Part shown: one piece after another, positions 13,889-23,686 of the stretch
Layout of the letters: every line of letters starts with the position of its first letter
Position numbering within the stretch: the stretch's first letter is position 1
From: an uncultured Bacilli bacterium
Lineage (GTDB): Bacteria; Bacillota_I; Bacilli_A; RFN20; CAG-826
Direction of reading: 5' to 3'
Length of the DNA: 64,000 bases
Assembly: GCA_944358895.1 (NCBI GenBank)
Contig: CALVSB010000004.1
Span: 21,236-85,235 of the forward strand
The notes under the pieces: generated by a model
Told to the model about the DNA's origin: nothing
Database searches by the model: none
What the model saw: the letters and a program-made list of their open reading frames with translations, nothing else
Made by a program: the position numbers and the translations under genes

Positions 13889-14083
13889 TTAGGCGCCAAA
13901 GGCGGCCTCGAGCTGCTGGATGATGCTCTGGGCCGTCAGATCCTCGAGAGCGAGGAAGATGGCGCAGAAGAGCGCGATGCAAATGACGACGGCAATCGAG
14001 GGCCAGAGGGTTTCGCGGCTGGGCCAGCGGACCTTCTTGCCCTGCTTTGCCACTTCTTTTAGGTATTTAACCGGCGGGGTCAT
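13889..14083 (-). CDS. secE: Preprotein translocase SecE
   Basis: KKVRWPSRE plus one TM helix; between rpmG and nusG. Confidence 0.92.
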   Translation of the reverse strand: MTPPVKYLKEVAKQGKKVRWPSRETLWPSIAVVICIALFCAIFLALEDLTAQSIIQQLEAAFGA

Positions 14084-14095
14084 GGTGATTCCTCC

Positions 14096-14245
14096 TTATC
14101 GCGATTCGCGGTGCAAGGTGTACTTGTTGCACTTCGGGCAGAATTTCTTCAGCTCGAGGCGCTTGCTGGAAGCGGGATTCACTTCCGTTTGGTAGTTGCG
14201 CGAGAGACATTCCTCGCAAATCAAAAAGACCTTTTTCCTTGCCAT
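14096..14245 (-). CDS. rpmG: 50S ribosomal protein L33 (Zn-binding type)
   Basis: Manual translation [49 protein letters not shown]. Confidence 0.96.
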   Translation of the reverse strand: MARKKVFLICEECLSRNYQTEVNPASSKRLELKKFCPKCNKYTLHRESR

Positions 14246-14440
14246 CGGCTTATCTTACTCACCTAGCATGCGGAATGGTAGTCCTTCGCGCCGGGCCGGT
14301 CAAGAAAAGTTCTCTTATAGAGAAAGGGGCAAAATTCGTCCATCAAGGCAGGGGGCGGCCATCTATTCCGTTTTTCGTGAAAAAGATGGGGTTTTTGCGT
14401 GTAAAAAGCCACGGATGACTAGTCCGCGGCCTTTATATCA

Positions 14441-15034
14441 TCAGCCCTTTTTCTCGAGGAAGAGGGACTTGTAGCGCTCATAGCGCCGCCGCACTTGCTT
14501 GTAAGTGAGGCCGAGGCGCTCGGCGATCTGGCGGAGGGATAGCCCTTCCAGCCTCAAGGAGGCAATCGCCACTTCCTCTTCGCTCAGACGGTCCATCACG
14601 GCCGCGAGCTGCTCGAAGGCCTCGGCCCGCTCGTAGTAGGCCGAAGGAGACTCCTCGGGGGAGGAAACGACGTCGTGGAAGGTAAGCGTCCCGTCGCGGT
14701 CGACATAGCCGTCGAGGGAGACCGTCTGGGGATCGAAGCACCCTTCTTTGTTGTAAAAGGCGATGATCTCGTGGGAGAGGATCGTGAGGAGGAAGCTCCG
14801 GAAGGTGCCCCGCCCAAGCTCGAAGCTCAGGAGGGCGTTCTCGAAGGAGCAAAAGAAGATGTAGTTGAGGTCCCAGACGTCGATCCTCGAGGCGAGGATG
14901 GGCTGGGCCCGGTAGCAGAGTTTGACCCGGAGGGCGAAATAACGTTCCATCAGCGCGGTGTGCGCTTCTTGGCTTCCGAGCCGGAGGCGGACGAATAACT
15001 CTTCGTCCCTAGCGTTTTGCGATGTTTTGATAAT
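14441..15034 (-). CDS. SigH/ComX-like sigma-70 factor (start uncertain: first ATG 14950, frame open to ATT 15034)
   Basis: Region-4 HTH LSEEEVAIASLRLEGLSLRQIAERLGL; sits in the sigH position between rlmB and rpmG. Confidence 0.8.
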   Translation of the reverse strand: MIKTSQNARDEELFVRLRLGSQEAHTALMERYFALRVKLCYRAQPILASRIDVWDLNYIFFCSFENALLSFELGRGTFRSFLLTILSHEIIAFYNKEGCFDPQTVSLDGYVDRDGTLTFHDVVSSPEESPSAYYERAEAFEQLAAVMDRLSEEEVAIASLRLEGLSLRQIAERLGLTYKQVRRRYERYKSLFLEKKG

Positions 15035-15035
15035 G

Positions 15036-15797
15036 TTACTTTATGCGGCAGGCATCGATCTGGGCCAGGAAAATACCAGCTGCCACCGACGCATTGAGGG
15101 AGTTTACATGTCCATGCATCGGGATTTTGACGACGAAGTCGCTTTCCTCGAGGACGAGGCGCGAAATCCCCTTGCCTTCGCTGCCAACGACAAGGGCGAT
15201 GGGCACCTTGTAATCGACGTCGAGGTAGGAGAGAGAGGCGCTGCCCTCGCTGCTCACGATCCAGAAGCCATTGGCTTTCAGTTCCCGAACGGCGTTCGAT
15301 AAGGAAGACACGATAGAGAGCTTTACATAGCAAGCCGCCCCGGCCGACGTTCTGTAGGTCGTGGCATTTAGCGGAGCTTGCCCCCGAAGGCGGACGACAA
15401 CGCCGTCGGCCCCGAAGGCATCAGCGGAGCGAAGGATCGCCCCGAGGTTGTGCGGATCTTCAATCCCGTCCAAAAGAACGATGGTCGGGTACTCGCTTTT
15501 CCGGCTTTGGGCGATCAGCTCCTTGAGAGGGATCGGCTCCGCCGGGCGAACCTGGCAGACGAGCCCTTGGTGGGGAGCGTGGCCGCTCAAGCGCGCGAGC
15601 GACGGCTCATCGGAGGGACGTGCCCATAGACCCCGCTCTTTGGCGAGGCGAACGACTTCGTCATCTTCGAGCCTCGAAAGATAGTATAACCGCTCAGCTT
15701 GGCCCGAATAGACAGCCGATCGACAGGCGTTACGTCCGTATACGATTATAGGCTTCGTCGATACAATTGTTTTTCTTTTTTTACGATAGGTGATCAT
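15036..15797 (-). CDS. rlmB: 23S rRNA Gm2251 methyltransferase
   Basis: LDGIEDPHNLGAILRSA, GSEGKG and SLNASVA SPOUT motifs. Confidence 0.95.
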   Translation of the reverse strand: MITYRKKRKTIVSTKPIIVYGRNACRSAVYSGQAERLYYLSRLEDDEVVRLAKERGLWARPSDEPSLARLSGHAPHQGLVCQVRPAEPIPLKELIAQSRKSEYPTIVLLDGIEDPHNLGAILRSADAFGADGVVVRLRGQAPLNATTYRTSAGAACYVKLSIVSSLSNAVRELKANGFWIVSSEGSASLSYLDVDYKVPIALVVGSEGKGISRLVLEESDFVVKIPMHGHVNSLNASVAAGIFLAQIDACRIK

Positions 15798-16546
15798 TGC
15801 ACGTCGGTGGAAATTTTGAGTTCAAGCGGCTTCACGACGAAACGAATCTCGTCGAGGAAGGCTGAGATGGCCGTCTCGTCGGCGCTCGACATCCGGAAGA
15901 CAACCCGGAGGGCGCTGCCTTCCTGATAGGAAAGAAGCTCGGTCTGGGTCTCGCGGATTTTGATGTTGTAGCGATTGGCCGCGAGGATGATGTCGCGGAT
16001 GACCGGACGGTCGCTCGGAAGGACAAGCATGAGCATCGGGTTCCGCTTGGCCATCGCTTTCTCGACCCGGCGGAGAAGAACGAGGCAGACGAGGGCGACG
16101 CCCGTCGCGATCGCGGCAACAATGAAATTGCCGCTTCCGCAGGCGAGGCCGATGGCCATCGTGACCCAGATGGTCGTGGCCGTCGTCAGGCCTTTGATGT
16201 CGGTGCCGGTTTGGATGATCGTGCCGGCCCCGAGGAAGCCGATGCCCGGGACGACCTGGGCCGCAAGGCGGGCCGGGTCGCGGTTAGGGAAAGCGGCATC
16301 CGAAAAGCCGTAAATCGAGATGATCATGATGAGGGCGCTGCCGATCGCGACCATGAGGTGCGTCCGGAGCCCGGCCGCATGGCCGTTGTACTCGCGTTCG
16401 AAGCCGATGAGGCCCGAGAGAAGGGCCGTCATCACCAAGGAGAGGAGAATGAGGAAAATGTTCCCGACCCAAAAGAAGTTCTCGGGGAGGAGATTCCCAA
16501 AACCGGTGTTAAACCAGTCGATGATGATGCGGTCAATCGTGGTCAT
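15794..16546 (-). CDS. MgtC/SapB family membrane protein
   Basis: IGFERE...AGLRTH, DPARLAAQVVPGIGFLGAG, GLTTATTIW. Confidence 0.93.
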   Translation of the reverse strand: MTTIDRIIIDWFNTGFGNLLPENFFWVGNIFLILLSLVMTALLSGLIGFEREYNGHAAGLRTHLMVAIGSALIMIISIYGFSDAAFPNRDPARLAAQVVPGIGFLGAGTIIQTGTDIKGLTTATTIWVTMAIGLACGSGNFIVAAIATGVALVCLVLLRRVEKAMAKRNPMLMLVLPSDRPVIRDIILAANRYNIKIRETQTELLSYQEGSALRVVFRMSSADETAISAFLDEIRFVVKPLELKISTDVQ

Positions 16547-16552
16547 GGTCGT

Positions 16553-17896
16553 TCAGAAAAGCCCTTTCTCGATGAGCTTGGCCCGGAGGAGGTCGCTCCT
16601 TCCGAAGTCTTTCTCATCTTTCGCCTTATTGTAATCGAAGTACAGTTGCTTGTCTTCCTCCGAAAGGGGCTCCGGCTCGACGTAAAGCCCCATCAATTTC
16701 AAGGAAGAAACAAAGGTTTTGTAGGCGTTTTTGAGGCCAGCCGGATCCTTTTTGGCCATCCGGAGGGCCTGGTTCAGGGCCTTCTGCTCGGCATAGAGGC
16801 GCGAGAGGGCGTTCGGGGTATTGAGATCGTCGGATAGTTCCTCGAGGAGGGCCGAGTCCTTGGCTTCGGCTTCGACCTTTTCCCGGCCGAGGAGGGAAAG
16901 CTGGACGAAAGCCTTATGAAGAGAGGCGGCCAGGGAGTCGTATTTCTCCTTGGCTTCCTTCATCTTGTCGTCGCTATAGGAAAGGGGCGCCCGGTAATGG
17001 GTGGAAAGCACCATCAGGCGGAAGGGGAGGCCACCGTAGTCCTTGGCCACGTCTTTCATGAGGACGACGTTCCCGAGCGACTTGCTCATCTTCTCGCCGA
17101 CGATGTCGATGAAACCGTTGTGCATCCAATAATGGGCGAGACCATTCCCGTTCTGGGCAAAGGACTGGGCCCGCTCGTTTTCGTGATGGGGGAACTTGAG
17201 GTCGAAGCCGCCGCCGTGGATGTCGATGTACCCGCCTTGATCGCGGAAAATGGTGTCGATCATCACGCAGCACTCGGTGTGCCAGCCCGGCCGGCCCTCG
17301 CCCCAAGGCGAATCCCACTTGATCCCGTCGGTCGTCTTTTTCCAAAGGGCGAAATCCAAGGGGTCTTCCTTGGCCGAGTCGACCTCGATCCGGGCCCCTT
17401 TCTCGAGATTGTCGACCGTGTTGCCGCTCAAGGCCCCGTAGGAAGGAATCTTCCGGACGCGGAAATAGACATTGCCGTCGACTTCGTAGGCATAGCCCTT
17501 TTCCTCGAGCCGGCGGATATAGGCGATGATCTCGTTCATCATCTTGGTCGGCCGCGGGGTGATGTCGGGAAGGGAAGAACCCACTTCCTTCACCAGCCGC
17601 GCGAACTCGGCAATGACCCCTTCCGAGAGTTCGGCTTCGCTGATGCCGAGCTCCTTGGCCCGGTTGATGATCTTGTCGTCGACGTCGGTGTAGTTGCTCA
17701 CGTAGGTAACGTCATAGCCGATGGCCCGGAAATACTTCACGAGCTGGTCGAAAACGACGACGGGGCGGAAATTCCCGATATGGGGGTCGCTATAGACGGT
17801 CGGCCCGCAGCAATAAAGGGAAACCTTCCCCGGCACCAGCGGCTCGAAAAGAACCTTCTTTCCGCTCAGTGAATCAGCAATGTAAGTGTCTCTCAT
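16553..17896 (-). CDS. cysS: Cysteinyl-tRNA synthetase
   Basis: CGPTVY, HIGN, GRPGWHTEC, KMSKS; start ATG 17896 overlaps the upstream stop (ATGA). Confidence 0.98.
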   Translation of the reverse strand: MRDTYIADSLSGKKVLFEPLVPGKVSLYCCGPTVYSDPHIGNFRPVVVFDQLVKYFRAIGYDVTYVSNYTDVDDKIINRAKELGISEAELSEGVIAEFARLVKEVGSSLPDITPRPTKMMNEIIAYIRRLEEKGYAYEVDGNVYFRVRKIPSYGALSGNTVDNLEKGARIEVDSAKEDPLDFALWKKTTDGIKWDSPWGEGRPGWHTECCVMIDTIFRDQGGYIDIHGGGFDLKFPHHENERAQSFAQNGNGLAHYWMHNGFIDIVGEKMSKSLGNVVLMKDVAKDYGGLPFRLMVLSTHYRAPLSYSDDKMKEAKEKYDSLAASLHKAFVQLSLLGREKVEAEAKDSALLEELSDDLNTPNALSRLYAEQKALNQALRMAKKDPAGLKNAYKTFVSSLKLMGLYVEPEPLSEEDKQLYFDYNKAKDEKDFGRSDLLRAKLIEKGLF

Positions 17897-18813
17897 TTCT
17901 TTTCCTCCGCGTTTTCTTCTTCCGCCTCGTCGCCGCCGACTTTGATCCGCGAGGCCAGCTCCCCGTAGGAAGCCAGGCACGCCCCCATGAGGAGAATGGC
18001 GCATCCGAGGGCCAAACTCACGTAATAGAGCTCATAGAGGAAGAGGCCCGAACTATCGATCAGGAAGGCGTCGATGAAGAGCACAAGACCGGAAATCGCC
18101 AGCAAAACCCCGCTCAGCATATCGGATTTGCCGCTCGTTTCCCCGGGATAGAACTTCTTGGCCGCAAGGTGGCCGACCGGTCCGCTCAGAATGGCCACCA
18201 CCATCCCGATTAACAAGAGATAGAAATGAAGGCCGTAGCCAACTTCCGGGTTCCCCATGTCTTCGACCTGATGAAGGTCGGGATAAATGTAATTGCCGAG
18301 GACATAGAGGAAGCCAGCCGCCCCGAGAAAGGAAGGAATGAGGGACGTCACCATATCCTTCCCGCCTTTTAGGACATCACTTCCCACGTAGTCAAGAAGC
18401 TCGGCCGCGAAGAGGTAGAGATAAGGGATGGCCGCGACGACCGAGGCCAGGAAGTAGACGTTCTTCGCCGTCTCGGGCCGGGCGGCATAGTGAACGAGGC
18501 TCATCGCCCCGTAGCTCGCGAAGGCAATGATATCGATTAAGTAACCAACGGCCTTGACCACATGCCCGGTCGCCGGCTTTTTCCGCATCGATGTCCCGAG
18601 GGCGAGGACGATAAGGGCCGCGATCGTGAGCGGCACGAAGAAGACGGTGCCGGTCCGGAGGTAATACCCCGGGTCGTTCATTCCCGATTCGTAGTTCGGG
18701 TTAGTGCTCGCCAGGGAGGAGGCAAAGGCCAGGACGAAAGCAAAGGCCCCGACGAGGATTTCGTAATAAGGACGGCTTTGGCCTTCCTCGATTTTCTTCG
18801 TAACGATACTCAT
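17893..18813 (-). CDS. Hypothetical polytopic membrane protein
   Basis: 306 aa, about 8 hydrophobic segments, coupled to both neighbours. Confidence 0.75.
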   Translation of the reverse strand: MSIVTKKIEEGQSRPYYEILVGAFAFVLAFASSLASTNPNYESGMNDPGYYLRTGTVFFVPLTIAALIVLALGTSMRKKPATGHVVKAVGYLIDIIAFASYGAMSLVHYAARPETAKNVYFLASVVAAIPYLYLFAAELLDYVGSDVLKGGKDMVTSLIPSFLGAAGFLYVLGNYIYPDLHQVEDMGNPEVGYGLHFYLLLIGMVVAILSGPVGHLAAKKFYPGETSGKSDMLSGVLLAISGLVLFIDAFLIDSSGLFLYELYYVSLALGCAILLMGACLASYGELASRIKVGGDEAEEENAEEKK

Positions 18814-19457
18814 AGGGGAATTTTACCAATATCGGCCGCCTCTTTGGCCACAAAGAGGGCTTTTTGGGTCCATTCTTCGCCGTAGTTCCCGTACCCATAG
18901 GTCACGAGAATCAAGGGAAGCCCCGCCGCTACGCTCGTTTCGTAGTCGACGATCGAGTCGCCGACATAGTAAGAATCTTCTTTGGCGAGGCCCCGCGCCG
19001 CCATCATGGCGAAGATCGGCTCGGGGTTCGGCTTGACGCCCCGGGTCTCGAGCTGTCCTTGAATTTCCTCGAAGAAGCCGTCCCCGAAATGGAAAGCGAG
19101 AAGCTCCTTGGCCAGTTTGTCCGGCTTGTTGGTATAGACAAAGAGGCGATGGCCCTCGCCTTTGAGTTTGCCAAGCGTTTCCTTGAGGCCGGGATAGGGC
19201 TTGCTGCCCGCCACTTGGAAAGCTTCGTAACGCGGGAGGTAAGCAGCTTTGACTTCGGCAAAAAGGGATGGTTCGTCAAGGTGGGCAAGCGCCCGGTGGA
19301 CGAGGACGTCGGTCCCCCGGCCGATGAGGCGCTCGCACTCCTTGGCGGTGTAGGAAAAGGGAACGCCCGAGGCGCGCAAGGCTTCGTTCAGGGCCCGGGC
19401 AATGCCGGGCAAGGTATCGACGAGGGTGCCGTCGAGATCGAAAAAGAGATTGGCCAT
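18810..19457 (-). CDS. HAD-family hydrolase (phosphoglycolate phosphatase-like)
   Basis: FDLDGTLVDT, TNK, KPNP and VGDS motifs; start ATG 19457. Confidence 0.92.
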   Translation of the reverse strand: MANLFFDLDGTLVDTLPGIARALNEALRASGVPFSYTAKECERLIGRGTDVLVHRALAHLDEPSLFAEVKAAYLPRYEAFQVAGSKPYPGLKETLGKLKGEGHRLFVYTNKPDKLAKELLAFHFGDGFFEEIQGQLETRGVKPNPEPIFAMMAARGLAKEDSYYVGDSIVDYETSVAAGLPLILVTYGYGNYGEEWTQKALFVAKEAADIGKIPL

Positions 19458-19485
19458 CGCCGCTATTATGCGCGCAGGCGCGCAT

Positions 19486-19520
19486 AAAGAAAACGAGCCC
19501 GCCGGCTCGCTTTCCTTTAT
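19486..19520 (-). terminator. Intrinsic terminator of the hydrogenase operon
   Basis: CGAGCC/GGCTCG stem with U tract. Confidence 0.7.
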
Positions 19521-19524
19521 TCCT

Positions 19525-21324
19525 TTACTTCGGATACCGTTCCCGGTTCTTCCGATAGCTCGTATGGAGGATTTCCTCGGCTTTTTCGCTCCCGTAGCTC
19601 CCGAGGTAATCCGCATAGAGACGGATGATGTCGGGGTTGTTATGGGACTGGCGGATGGCCTTCCGCTCGTCGATCGAGTAGAGGATGGCCGCCCGCTTCT
19701 CGCGGTAAGTGTCGAGGATGTCCGCGCTTTCGTGGTCGAGGAGCGAGGGCTTCACGAAGGGCTGACCCCCGCCGTTGATGCAGCCGCCGGGGCAGCCCAT
19801 GATCTCGATGAAGGCATAGGGGGATTTCCCGGCCCGCACTTCGTCGAGGAGGGGCTTGGCATTCTTGGTGCCGGAGGCCACCGCCACCTTCACCTTGGTG
19901 CCGTCGATGTCGATTTCGGCCGTCTTGACGCCTTGCTGGCCCCGGACCGCCGTGAATTCGACCGGCTCGTGCTCCTTGCCGGTCACCGTGTGGTAAGCCG
20001 TCCGAAGGGCCGCTTCCATGACGCCGCCGCTCACGCCGAAGATGGCAGCCGCGCCGGTGTATTCGCCTAGCAAATCGTCGTCGAACTTCTCCTCGGGGAG
20101 ATCGTCCCAGAGGATGCCGCTCCGCTTGATGAGGAGGGCCAGCTCGCGGGTCGTGAGGACGCAGTCGACGTCGGGGATACCTTTGATCGCCTGGTTCTCC
20201 GGCCGCTCGGCTTCGCCTTTCTTGGCCGTGCAGGGCATGATCGAGACGACATAGATGTCCTCGGGCTTCAGCCCATGCTTTTCGGCAAAGTAGGTCTTGG
20301 TGATGGCGCCCTGCATCTCATGGGGCGACTTGCAGGTCGAGACATGGGGAATGAGGTCGGGATAGAAGAACTCCATGAAGTTGATCCAGCCCGGCGAGCA
20401 GGAGGTGATCTGGGGAAGCGGACCGCTCTTCTTGGTCAGCCGGTTGATGAGTTCCTGGCTTTCCTCGGCAATCGTGAGGTCGGCCCCGAAATTGACGTCG
20501 AAGACGCGGTCGAAGCCGAGCCGGTGGAGGGCGGCGACCATCTTGCCTTCGCCGTTTTCCTCGCCGATCTTCCGCCCAAACTCCTCGCTGATGGCTGCCC
20601 GGACGGCCGGGGCCGTCTGGACGACAAGGAACTTGTGGGCTTTCTTGGCTTCGTCGATCTTGTTGATTTCGCGCTTCTCGGAAAGAGCGCCGGTCGGGCA
20701 GACTTCGATGCATTGCCCGCACTGTAGGCACGGGACCTTGGCGAAGCTCCGTCCGGCGATGGGGCTCACGACCGTCTTGAAGCCGCGGTTCTCGAAGCCG
20801 AGGATCCCGATGCCGGTCGCTTCCTTGCACCGCTCGATGCAGCGCCCGCAGAGAATGCACTTGCTGGAGTCGCGGATGATGCCCGGGGCCAGCTCGTCTT
20901 TGCTGACCGGGGTCCGGGCCCCGAGGTATTTGTTATCCTCGGCGCCGGTGATGTTGGCCACGTGGAGAAGTTCGCAGTGCCCGTTCTTCACGCAGGTCTG
21001 GCAATCCTTGCTGTGGTTGGAAAGGAGAAGCTCGACCGAGGTTTTCCGAGCTTCGACGGCCATCGGGGAGGAAATCTTGATCTCGAATCCCTTCTCGGCC
21101 GGGCATTCCTTGATCGGATAGACGCACGAAGCGTAAAGGCGGGAACCCCGGGGCGAGGAAATCTCGACGAGGCAGACCCGGCAGGAAGCCAGGGAGTTGT
21201 GCCCATGGTTCCAGTAGCAGAGAGTCGGGATCCGGAAGCCGACCGAGCGGCAGGCTTCGAGGACCGTTAAGGAGGCGTCGACTTCGTAGAGCCGGCCTTC
21301 GATTTTGACGTTTACCTTGTCCAT
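19525..21324 (-). CDS. hydA: [FeFe]-hydrogenase catalytic subunit (HydA/HndD, group A3)
   Basis: H-cluster motifs TSCSPGW, MPCTAKKGE, EIMGCPGGCINGGGQP; N-terminal Fe-S domains. Confidence 0.95.
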   Translation of the reverse strand: MDKVNVKIEGRLYEVDASLTVLEACRSVGFRIPTLCYWNHGHNSLASCRVCLVEISSPRGSRLYASCVYPIKECPAEKGFEIKISSPMAVEARKTSVELLLSNHSKDCQTCVKNGHCELLHVANITGAEDNKYLGARTPVSKDELAPGIIRDSSKCILCGRCIERCKEATGIGILGFENRGFKTVVSPIAGRSFAKVPCLQCGQCIEVCPTGALSEKREINKIDEAKKAHKFLVVQTAPAVRAAISEEFGRKIGEENGEGKMVAALHRLGFDRVFDVNFGADLTIAEESQELINRLTKKSGPLPQITSCSPGWINFMEFFYPDLIPHVSTCKSPHEMQGAITKTYFAEKHGLKPEDIYVVSIMPCTAKKGEAERPENQAIKGIPDVDCVLTTRELALLIKRSGILWDDLPEEKFDDDLLGEYTGAAAIFGVSGGVMEAALRTAYHTVTGKEHEPVEFTAVRGQQGVKTAEIDIDGTKVKVAVASGTKNAKPLLDEVRAGKSPYAFIEIMGCPGGCINGGGQPFVKPSLLDHESADILDTYREKRAAILYSIDERKAIRQSHNNPDIIRLYADYLGSYGSEKAEEILHTSYRKNRERYPK

Positions 21325-21328
21325 GGTC

Positions 21329-23203
21329 TCACTCCTTCACGATGGCGTGGAAGCGGCAGCCCGCCATGCAGGCCCCGCACTTGATGCAGCGGCTTTGATC
21401 GATGTGATACGGCTCCTTGCCCGGAACGCCCGAAATGCACTGCACCGGGCAATTTCGCGCGCAAAGCGAGCACTTTTTGCACAATTCCGGAACGATCTTG
21501 TAGCGCGTGAGCTTCTTGCAGACGTGGGCCGGGCACCGCTTCTCCTCGACGTGGGCCCGGTATTCCTCCGGGAACTTCCGCATGGTGGAAAGAATCGGGT
21601 TGGCCGCCGTCTGGCCAAGGGCGCAGAGCGAGCCTTTCTGGGTGACTTCGGCCAGATGCTCCATGTCTTCGAGCGTCTTCTCCGTCGCCGTCCCGTTCAC
21701 GATGGTCGTGAGCATTTCGTGGAGGCGCTTGGTCCCGATTCGGCACGGGGTGCACTTCCCGCAGGATTCGCTGCAGATGAAGTCCATGTAGAAGAGGGCG
21801 ACGTCGACCATGCAGTTGTCCTCGTCCATCACGATGGCGCCGCCCGAGCCCATCATCGAGCCGCGGGCCACGAGGGTGTCGTAGTCGATCGGGGTATCGA
21901 GGTCTTCCTCGGTCAGGCAGCCGCCCGAGGGGCCGCCCGTCTGGATGGCCTTGAATTTCTTGCCGCCGGGGATGCCGCCGCCGATGTCGTAGATGAGAGT
22001 CCGGAGGGTAGTTCCCATCGGGACCTCGACGAGGCCGACGTTGTTGATCTTGCCGCCGAGGGCAAAGACCTTGGTGCCCTTGCTCCCCTCGGTGCCGGTC
22101 TTGGCGTATTCCTCGGCCCCGACCCTGATGATGTAGGGCACTTGGGCCAACGTTTCGACGTTATTGACGCAGGTCGGCTTGCCCCAAAGCCCCTTGACCG
22201 CCGGGAAGGGCGGGCGGGGGCGCGGCATGCCGCGCTTGCCTTCGATCGAATTGAGAAGGGCGGTTTCTTCGCCGCAGACGAAGGCCCCGGCCCCCTCGCG
22301 GAGGTGGACCCGGAAGTTGAAGCCGGTCCCGAGGATGTTGTCGCCGAGAAGCCCTACTTCCTCCATGTCCTTGATGGCCCGCTGGAGGCGTTCGACGGCG
22401 ATCGGGTATTCGGCCCGGACGTAGAAATAGCCTTCGTCGGCCCCGAAAGCGTAGCCGGCGATCATCATGCCTTCGATGACCTCGAAGGGGTTGCCCTCGA
22501 GGATCGAGCGGTCCATGAAGGCGCCGGGGTCGCCCTCGTCGCCATTGCAGACGATGTACTTCTTGTCGCTTTTCACCGCCGCGGCGAAACTCCATTTCCG
22601 CCCGGTCGGGAAGCCAGCTCCGCCCCGGCCCCGAAGGCCGGACTTCAGGACTTCGTCGATGACGTCCTGCGGCTTCATCGTCGTGAGGACTTTCTTCAAG
22701 GCCTTGAAGCCGTCGTAGCCGAGGGCCTCCTCGAGGAAGTCGGGGTTGATGAGGGAGCAGCCGTGGAGGGAAATCCGCTTCTGCTTCTTATAGAAATTGA
22801 TGTCGTCTTGCCTGGCGACTTTCTCGTGGGTGACCGGGTCGACATAGAGAAGATCCTCGACGATGCGGCCGCCGATGAGGTCTTCCTCGACGATGCGGGC
22901 AACGTCTTTGATGGTCACTTTCCGGTAAAGGGTGTCTTCCGGGAAGATCTTGACGAAGGGGCCCTGCGAACAGAATCCGAAACAGCCGACGTGGTTGCAA
23001 GTGACCCGGTAGTCGAGGCCCTTTTCCTTGATGAGCCGGCGGAACTCCTCGACGAGGTCCTCCGACCCGTTGGCAATGCAGCCAGTTCCGCCGCAGATGA
23101 GGACGGCGCGCTTGCCGCCCTTCCCGCTCAATTTGTCGTTGAACGACGAGGTGCAGCTCGCGATTTCCCTTTCAAGGATTTCCGGGGTGGATAGGCGTTC
23201 CAT
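21329..23203 (-). CDS. hydB: NADH/FMN-binding hydrogenase subunit (HydB/HndC, NuoF-like)
   Basis: GLRGRGGAGFPTG, NGDEGDPGAFMDR, CGEETAL, ESCGKCTPCR, C-terminal 2x[4Fe-4S]. Confidence 0.94.
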   Translation of the reverse strand: MERLSTPEILEREIASCTSSFNDKLSGKGGKRAVLICGGTGCIANGSEDLVEEFRRLIKEKGLDYRVTCNHVGCFGFCSQGPFVKIFPEDTLYRKVTIKDVARIVEEDLIGGRIVEDLLYVDPVTHEKVARQDDINFYKKQKRISLHGCSLINPDFLEEALGYDGFKALKKVLTTMKPQDVIDEVLKSGLRGRGGAGFPTGRKWSFAAAVKSDKKYIVCNGDEGDPGAFMDRSILEGNPFEVIEGMMIAGYAFGADEGYFYVRAEYPIAVERLQRAIKDMEEVGLLGDNILGTGFNFRVHLREGAGAFVCGEETALLNSIEGKRGMPRPRPPFPAVKGLWGKPTCVNNVETLAQVPYIIRVGAEEYAKTGTEGSKGTKVFALGGKINNVGLVEVPMGTTLRTLIYDIGGGIPGGKKFKAIQTGGPSGGCLTEEDLDTPIDYDTLVARGSMMGSGGAIVMDEDNCMVDVALFYMDFICSESCGKCTPCRIGTKRLHEMLTTIVNGTATEKTLEDMEHLAEVTQKGSLCALGQTAANPILSTMRKFPEEYRAHVEEKRCPAHVCKKLTRYKIVPELCKKCSLCARNCPVQCISGVPGKEPYHIDQSRCIKCGACMAGCRFHAIVKE

Positions 23204-23686
23204 TTATGCTTCCTCCTTGGCCCGGCACTCGGCGATGAGGCCGGCCACTTGCCCGGGCTGGACCATCGGGTAGACCTTGCCGTTGATCGAAACAGCCGGG
23301 GCGAGGGCGCAGGCCCCGATGCAGCGAAGGGCCTCGATGGTGAAAAGCCCGTCGTCGGAAGTCTGCCCCGGCTTGATGCCGAGGAGCTTCTCGAATTCGT
23401 CGAGCACCGCTTGGGAATTCTTGACGTAGCACGCCGTCCCGAGGCAGACGCCCACGACGTATTTGCCTTTCGGGGTCAACGAGAAGAAGTTATAGAAGGT
23501 CACGACCCCGTAGATCTCGGCGAGGGGAATGCCCGTTTCCTCGCTCACGAGTTCCTGGGCCTCGATGGGGATATAGCCGTATTTCCGCTGGATCTCCTCG
23601 AGGATGATCATGAGGGGCGAGGGTTCCTCCTTGTGGGAGGCACAGATCGCCACGATGTCTTTCTTGGCTTCGCTTCGAAGTGCCAT
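23204..23686 (-). CDS. hydC: [2Fe-2S] hydrogenase subunit (HydC/HndA, NuoE-like)
   Basis: VCLGTACYVK and CIGACALAP. Confidence 0.93.
   Translation of the reverse strand: MALRSEAKKDIVAICASHKEEPSPLMIILEEIQRKYGYIPIEAQELVSEETGIPLAEIYGVVTFYNFFSLTPKGKYVVGVCLGTACYVKNSQAVLDEFEKLLGIKPGQTSDDGLFTIEALRCIGACALAPAVSINGKVYPMVQPGQVAGLIAECRAKEEA

Noticed and set aside
13874-13982. Longer 5' starts in the ORF track (nusG 13982, cysS 18004, HAD 19616, rpsE 32062, queH 41856, cvpA 53911, nrdD 55311, trxB 57679, rmuC 61027)
   Set aside because: They overlap neighbouring genes or lack family-like sequence; downstream starts have SD, coupling or -10 support
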